Origin: Watersipora subatra | Lineage: Eukaryota | Direction of reading: 5' to 3' | NCBI RefSeq assembly: GCF_963576615.1 | Contig: NC_088716.1 | Coordinates: forward strand, 43,559,910-43,623,909 | DNA: 64,000 nucleotides | Shown here: piece after piece, positions 60,177 to 64,000 of the stretch | How positions within the stretch are numbered: position 1 is the stretch's first letter | Layout of the letters: each line of letters opens with the position of its first letter | The notes under the pieces: model-generated | Seen by the model: only the letters and a program-made list of their open reading frames with translations | Databases searched by the model: none | Told to the model about the DNA's origin: nothing | Program-made: the position numbers and the translations under genes

Positions 60177-62264
60177 CTAGCTGGTTTCTTGCTTCCGAAA
60201 CACTTTCCCACGCCCTCTCATGTTACTTATGAACCGTATAGCATCATTCTGTACTAGCTCTATGCATTGGATTGTGTTTTTATTGGTTGGGTCCCAGACA
60301 GCATCTGCATATTCTAGAATTGGTCTACATAGACTTGTGTATGCGAGCAGTTTATCCTCCTTTGTGGCGCTATACATCAGATGTTTAATGCCCCCCAGTA
60401 TCTTCCTTGATTTACTACATTTGCTCTTTATGTGTTGATCGAATTTTAGATCTGACTGGATGATCACACCTAGATATTTTGTGTCCTCTGTCCAGACAAG
60501 AGGTAAGTTTCCTAGGTTATACGTAAACTGCTGGCTCATTGTACCAAAGCATATTGCTTGGCACTTTTTCTCATTGAATGGCATTTTCCATTTTTTTGAC
60601 CAGTTGTACACTTCCTTAATGTTATTTTGGAATATTTGGCATCCCCTGAACTATTAACTTCTTGGTAAATTAGTGTGCCATCAGCGTAAAGGCTAACATT
60701 GCAGAATAAACTCTCAGGTAGATTGTTAATGTAGCATAGGAAAAGGTAGGTCCCAGTACCAAGCCCTGTGGGACTCCAGATGTTACAGCACATTTCTGAG
60801 AACTATTTCTGTTGGGTACTACAGATTGTTCCCTGTCAGATAGGAAGTCGTGGATCCAGTTAATGAGTTGTGTGTTTATCCCTGGTATGCTTTGTAGTTT
60901 TTCAAGGAGCAGTAGATGTGGAACATTGTCAAAAGCCCTTTTGAAATCCATGATGATGGTGTGAGTGGTATGGCCATCGTCTGCTGCTTTTGCCAGTCCG
61001 TTGTATGTGGCACAGAGCTGAGTTTGACAGGACACTCCCCTCATAAAGCCATGTTGTCGGTAATGAAGTACGTCATCAAGTGTCTTGTTTAGATAATGCA
61101 ACACTATGTGTTCCATCATTTTACAGGGTATGCTTGTGAGTGATATTGGCCTGTATTTATTAGGTAACTCTGGGTCTCCCCCTTTATGTACAGGGGTTAC
61201 ATTGACATATTTCCACTGTTCAGGAAGTTTTCCAGATTTTAGAGAAGCTTTGTAAATCAGTGCTAGTGCTTTCGCAGTGGTTGGCAGGTCTATTAGCCTG
61301 TCAGGTTTCCTAATTCCATCAGATCCTGGTGATTTTCCATTTGGCAAGTCGCATATGAGTTTCGCCACTCTATCAGTTGTTATGTTTAGACTGTCATCAT
61401 CACTCTCTATCCGTTTAAAATCCTTGGCTAAATAACCATCTTGGAACTGGCTGTGGAAGAAAATGTTCAGTAGTTCAGCACAGTGCTCAGGGTTTTCTGT
61501 GAGGATATTCTGACCATCCCTAAGTGTTTTCTGGCTAGATATTTTGTTCTTGTCTGCACCAAGGAGTTTGAAGAAGAGCTTTGAGTTTCCTTTTTTAGTG
61601 GTTGATATATTCTATTTGTATAATATGCTTTTCAAATAGCGTCTAGCCCCTTTTTAGTTTCTCCTCGTGTTTGTTTGAATTTTCCTTAGACCTTATATAT
61701 GCATTTCTTTGCATATATCGAAGTTTTAGTGCCCGCTTGCTGAACCAATCTGGTGTAGATGGGTGTCCTCCTTATTGGTACATACTGCTCATTACTTCTG
61801 GTTAGATTTTTAGTAAAGATATCCCACTTTAGCTCAGGGTCAGTCAATTGAGCAAGTTCTTCATTTGTGTTTTGCATATCTATTTGAAATGTTTCCTCGT
61901 CTGCTTTCTTGTACTGTTTGATAGTGTGTGGTCTAGGGAAAGCAGATATGATTTCTTCTTGAAGATACACAGTGATAAAAGAGTGATCACTTAGTCCTGG
62001 TGCTACAACTTCAGTATCAAGAATGTAGGTTTGGTGATTGGTACACACTAAATCTAGAGTATTACCTAGTACATGTGTAGGACCAGTTATTAATTGTTTT
62101 ATCCCGTTGCTGTGTAACACATCAAGAAAGGCTTGCTGCACTCTTTTGAATGGAGCTGATATTTTGACCTTCTCTTTTGTCCAGTAAATACCTGGAAAGT
62201 TCATATCCCCAACAAATAGTATATTGTGTCCCTGGAACTCTCTTTCTATCCCAAAACAAGTCAC
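60177..62264 (-). mobile_element. Non-LTR retrotransposon (LINE) ORF2: the C-terminal part of the APE endonuclease plus reverse transcriptase. It is 5'-truncated or degenerate and interrupted by a frameshift or stop.
   Basis: Minus-strand ORFs. 61686-62264 carries ...GDMNFPGIYW...LSDHSFITV (the APE endonuclease SDH motif). 60670-61368 carries RT motifs YRPISLTSIPCKMMEHIV, HGFMRGVSCQTQL, IIMDFKRAFDNVPH, SGVPQGLVLGPTFS. 60177-60611 carries the RT C-terminus KKCQAICFG...YLGVIIQSDLKF...CRPILEYADAVWDP. Confidence 0.85.
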
Positions 62265-62289
62265 ACAAGAGTCATGACAGTCCTTAGGC

Positions 62290-62900
62290 AGAAGAGCTCA
62301 GCAGTTGAAATAAGAGTTTTGGCAGTGAAGGCAAAAAGGTTTTGCAGACGGAGGAAAAGAGAGCTTAACAGGTGATGAGGGAAGAGGCTCCACAGGCAGA
62401 AGGAAAGAGAGGCTCAACAGGTAGGGGTAAGCTTCAGCAGGCAGAAGAAAAAGAGAGAGCCGTATCGGGTCCTTAGGAAAGAGAAGCTGAGTCAATGGAG
62501 CTGTTCTCTTCTATAGATGTTTCTGTTAGCCTATGAGAAGGTGGTTAGGCGTGCATGTTGAACAATTGAGCGGACTTGTTTTAAGTACGTCATGGGAATT
62601 TACTGATTGAAGATTATGACTAACTCCAATTGTTTTGTTTGGGTCTGGTAGAGGTCTAATTTTTTTAATGGTTTTCTGGCACATCAATTCATGTCTTATG
62701 GCTTACTTTCACTGAAGGTTTCTAATCCACTTGTAGATGGGCATATGATGACTGTCTTTCCTGATGATCCTCTTATGTACTAGGTGTTTTCGTTCATTGT
62801 AACATTATGTATCTGTCCGGTGGTTTAGGCGTTTTTCCATTATGCTATCAGTTTTTGCAAATACTTCCATACAACATACATACATGCATGGACATAAAAT
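62290..62900 (-). repeat. Block A-prime, the putative 5' region of the LINE; homologous to block A at 54420-55290
   Basis: The sequence similarity is described under 54030-55290. No convincing ORF1 was found. Confidence 0.45.
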
Positions 62901-64000
62901 TAAAAGTTTAAATGAGTAACCAAAATTGTTCTATAGGTGGAAAGTAGAAGGAATCTCTGGCCATTTAATGTCTGGCGCCATTCTATTAAAATTGTGTATA
63001 TGTATAAATCTATTTTAAAATGTGGTTTTTATATGCCACAACAGGTCTGGTGAGAGTGGTTTAAAGATATCTAGTTGGAGAGATCTAACGCATATAGACC
63101 AAACTCTATTCTCTTTTGAAACTTTAAATCTAACTCATTCCTTCACTTCCTCTGTCAGACTTTGGATGTTATTTTTTCCATACAATTCATAGTTCTACTC
63201 AAGGGACCTAATCTAAACATCCACCTAACACTCGTCCTCTGAATGGTCTCTTAACTTGTCCGTCAGGCCCTTAGTTTAGAGTGACCATACCTGGCTGCCA
63301 TACTCGAGTAATGGTTGAACAATTGTCTTGAAAGCAACTATTTTTGTAGAGTTACTTGCATTAAAAAGGCCTGGCATGTATAGATATCCTTACATGCCCG
63401 CCAATGCAGCCTCGCAGAAAAAAATATTATTATAAGAGATATGCATATTCATATTGTTGAAAACGCATTCACTACTTTATAGAATACCTTAAAACCTCCA
63501 ATTGAGCGCCAAGGTACTCTATTTTTCAACCCTTTCTCTATAGTCATGGTCAATTGGAGGAGGCATTCAAATAGAGGCTGGCGGTGTATTTTTTAAATGT
63601 TAGAATTTTAGGAAGATAAATTTAGCCCTGTTGTGGCGAAGCGAATATCGCCTATATTTTACTCTCTTTTTCCGGTGGAGCGATATGAAACCTTTTGGAT
63701 GCAATAAATCTGCTAACTTATTTCCAACTTGTCAAAGATCTCTTAATAAATATGCATCGAGAAACGAGAAATATTTCTACCAATTGATATCTATTGCTTG
63801 CAATAGCCTTGCGGTGATATTGTAGGGTGTGTCCTTCTTTGCAATCTGTTGGCATTTTCAATTTTATTTTACTCTAACTTTTAAGACGTTTTTATTTTAT
63901 ATCTGTATTTAACATCGTTACATAAAAGCTCATTGCACTCATTTGCTACAATTTGCAGCCAAAACTAGCTGTTTATGCGCAATAGAAGTGGAGTCATGAG

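Overview
This window is eukaryotic (metazoan-type) DNA. It is AT-rich, has no long uninterrupted ORFs, contains many tandem arrays and TIR/LTR elements, and shows GT-AG introns. Almost the whole window (about 1.1 kb to at least 52 kb) is one large minus-strand gene. I reconstructed 26 coding exons from the sequence, all with mutually consistent splice phases. Their translation matches, domain by domain, the vault poly(ADP-ribose) polymerase PARP4: an N-terminal BRCT domain, the PARP regulatory and catalytic domains (H-S-S ... GIYFAD ... LVCEVVTG), the VIT domain (AAVCGFEAFINNKHIVGEVKEKEKAQKEY, DVFTVSVGNLPP), the VWA domain (MIDAS motif DLSNSMS) and a C-terminal region (IHRLAARAVIQDWENG, SIITQFTSFVAVEKR, DLLPYMAY). 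The gene runs past the window start; its first coding exon and start codon were not resolved. The introns carry at least five families of non-autonomous TIR elements (MITEs) in several copies each, a Tc1-like MITE with TA target-site duplications, a foldback element with 150-bp arms, and tRNA-like SINE fragments. They also hold many mini- and microsatellites, including a 23/26-bp array of about 950 bp, a 15-bp array expanded inside a MITE terminus, and a 640-bp polypyrimidine tract. Upstream of the gene (54-63 kb) lies a nested retroelement cluster. A compact Ty3/gypsy element (55414-59513, minus strand) has 180-bp LTRs, a primer-binding site, a polypurine tract, a 5-bp target-site duplication and a degenerate gag-PR-RT-RNaseH-IN. 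It is inserted into the second of two tandem copies of a LINE-like unit, and the first copy preserves the unoccupied target site. A 5'-truncated LINE ORF2 (endonuclease plus RT; 60177-62264, minus strand) belongs to the second unit. There is no prokaryotic content, no CRISPR array, and no rRNA or canonical tRNA gene. All coordinates are hand-derived and may be off by a few bp.
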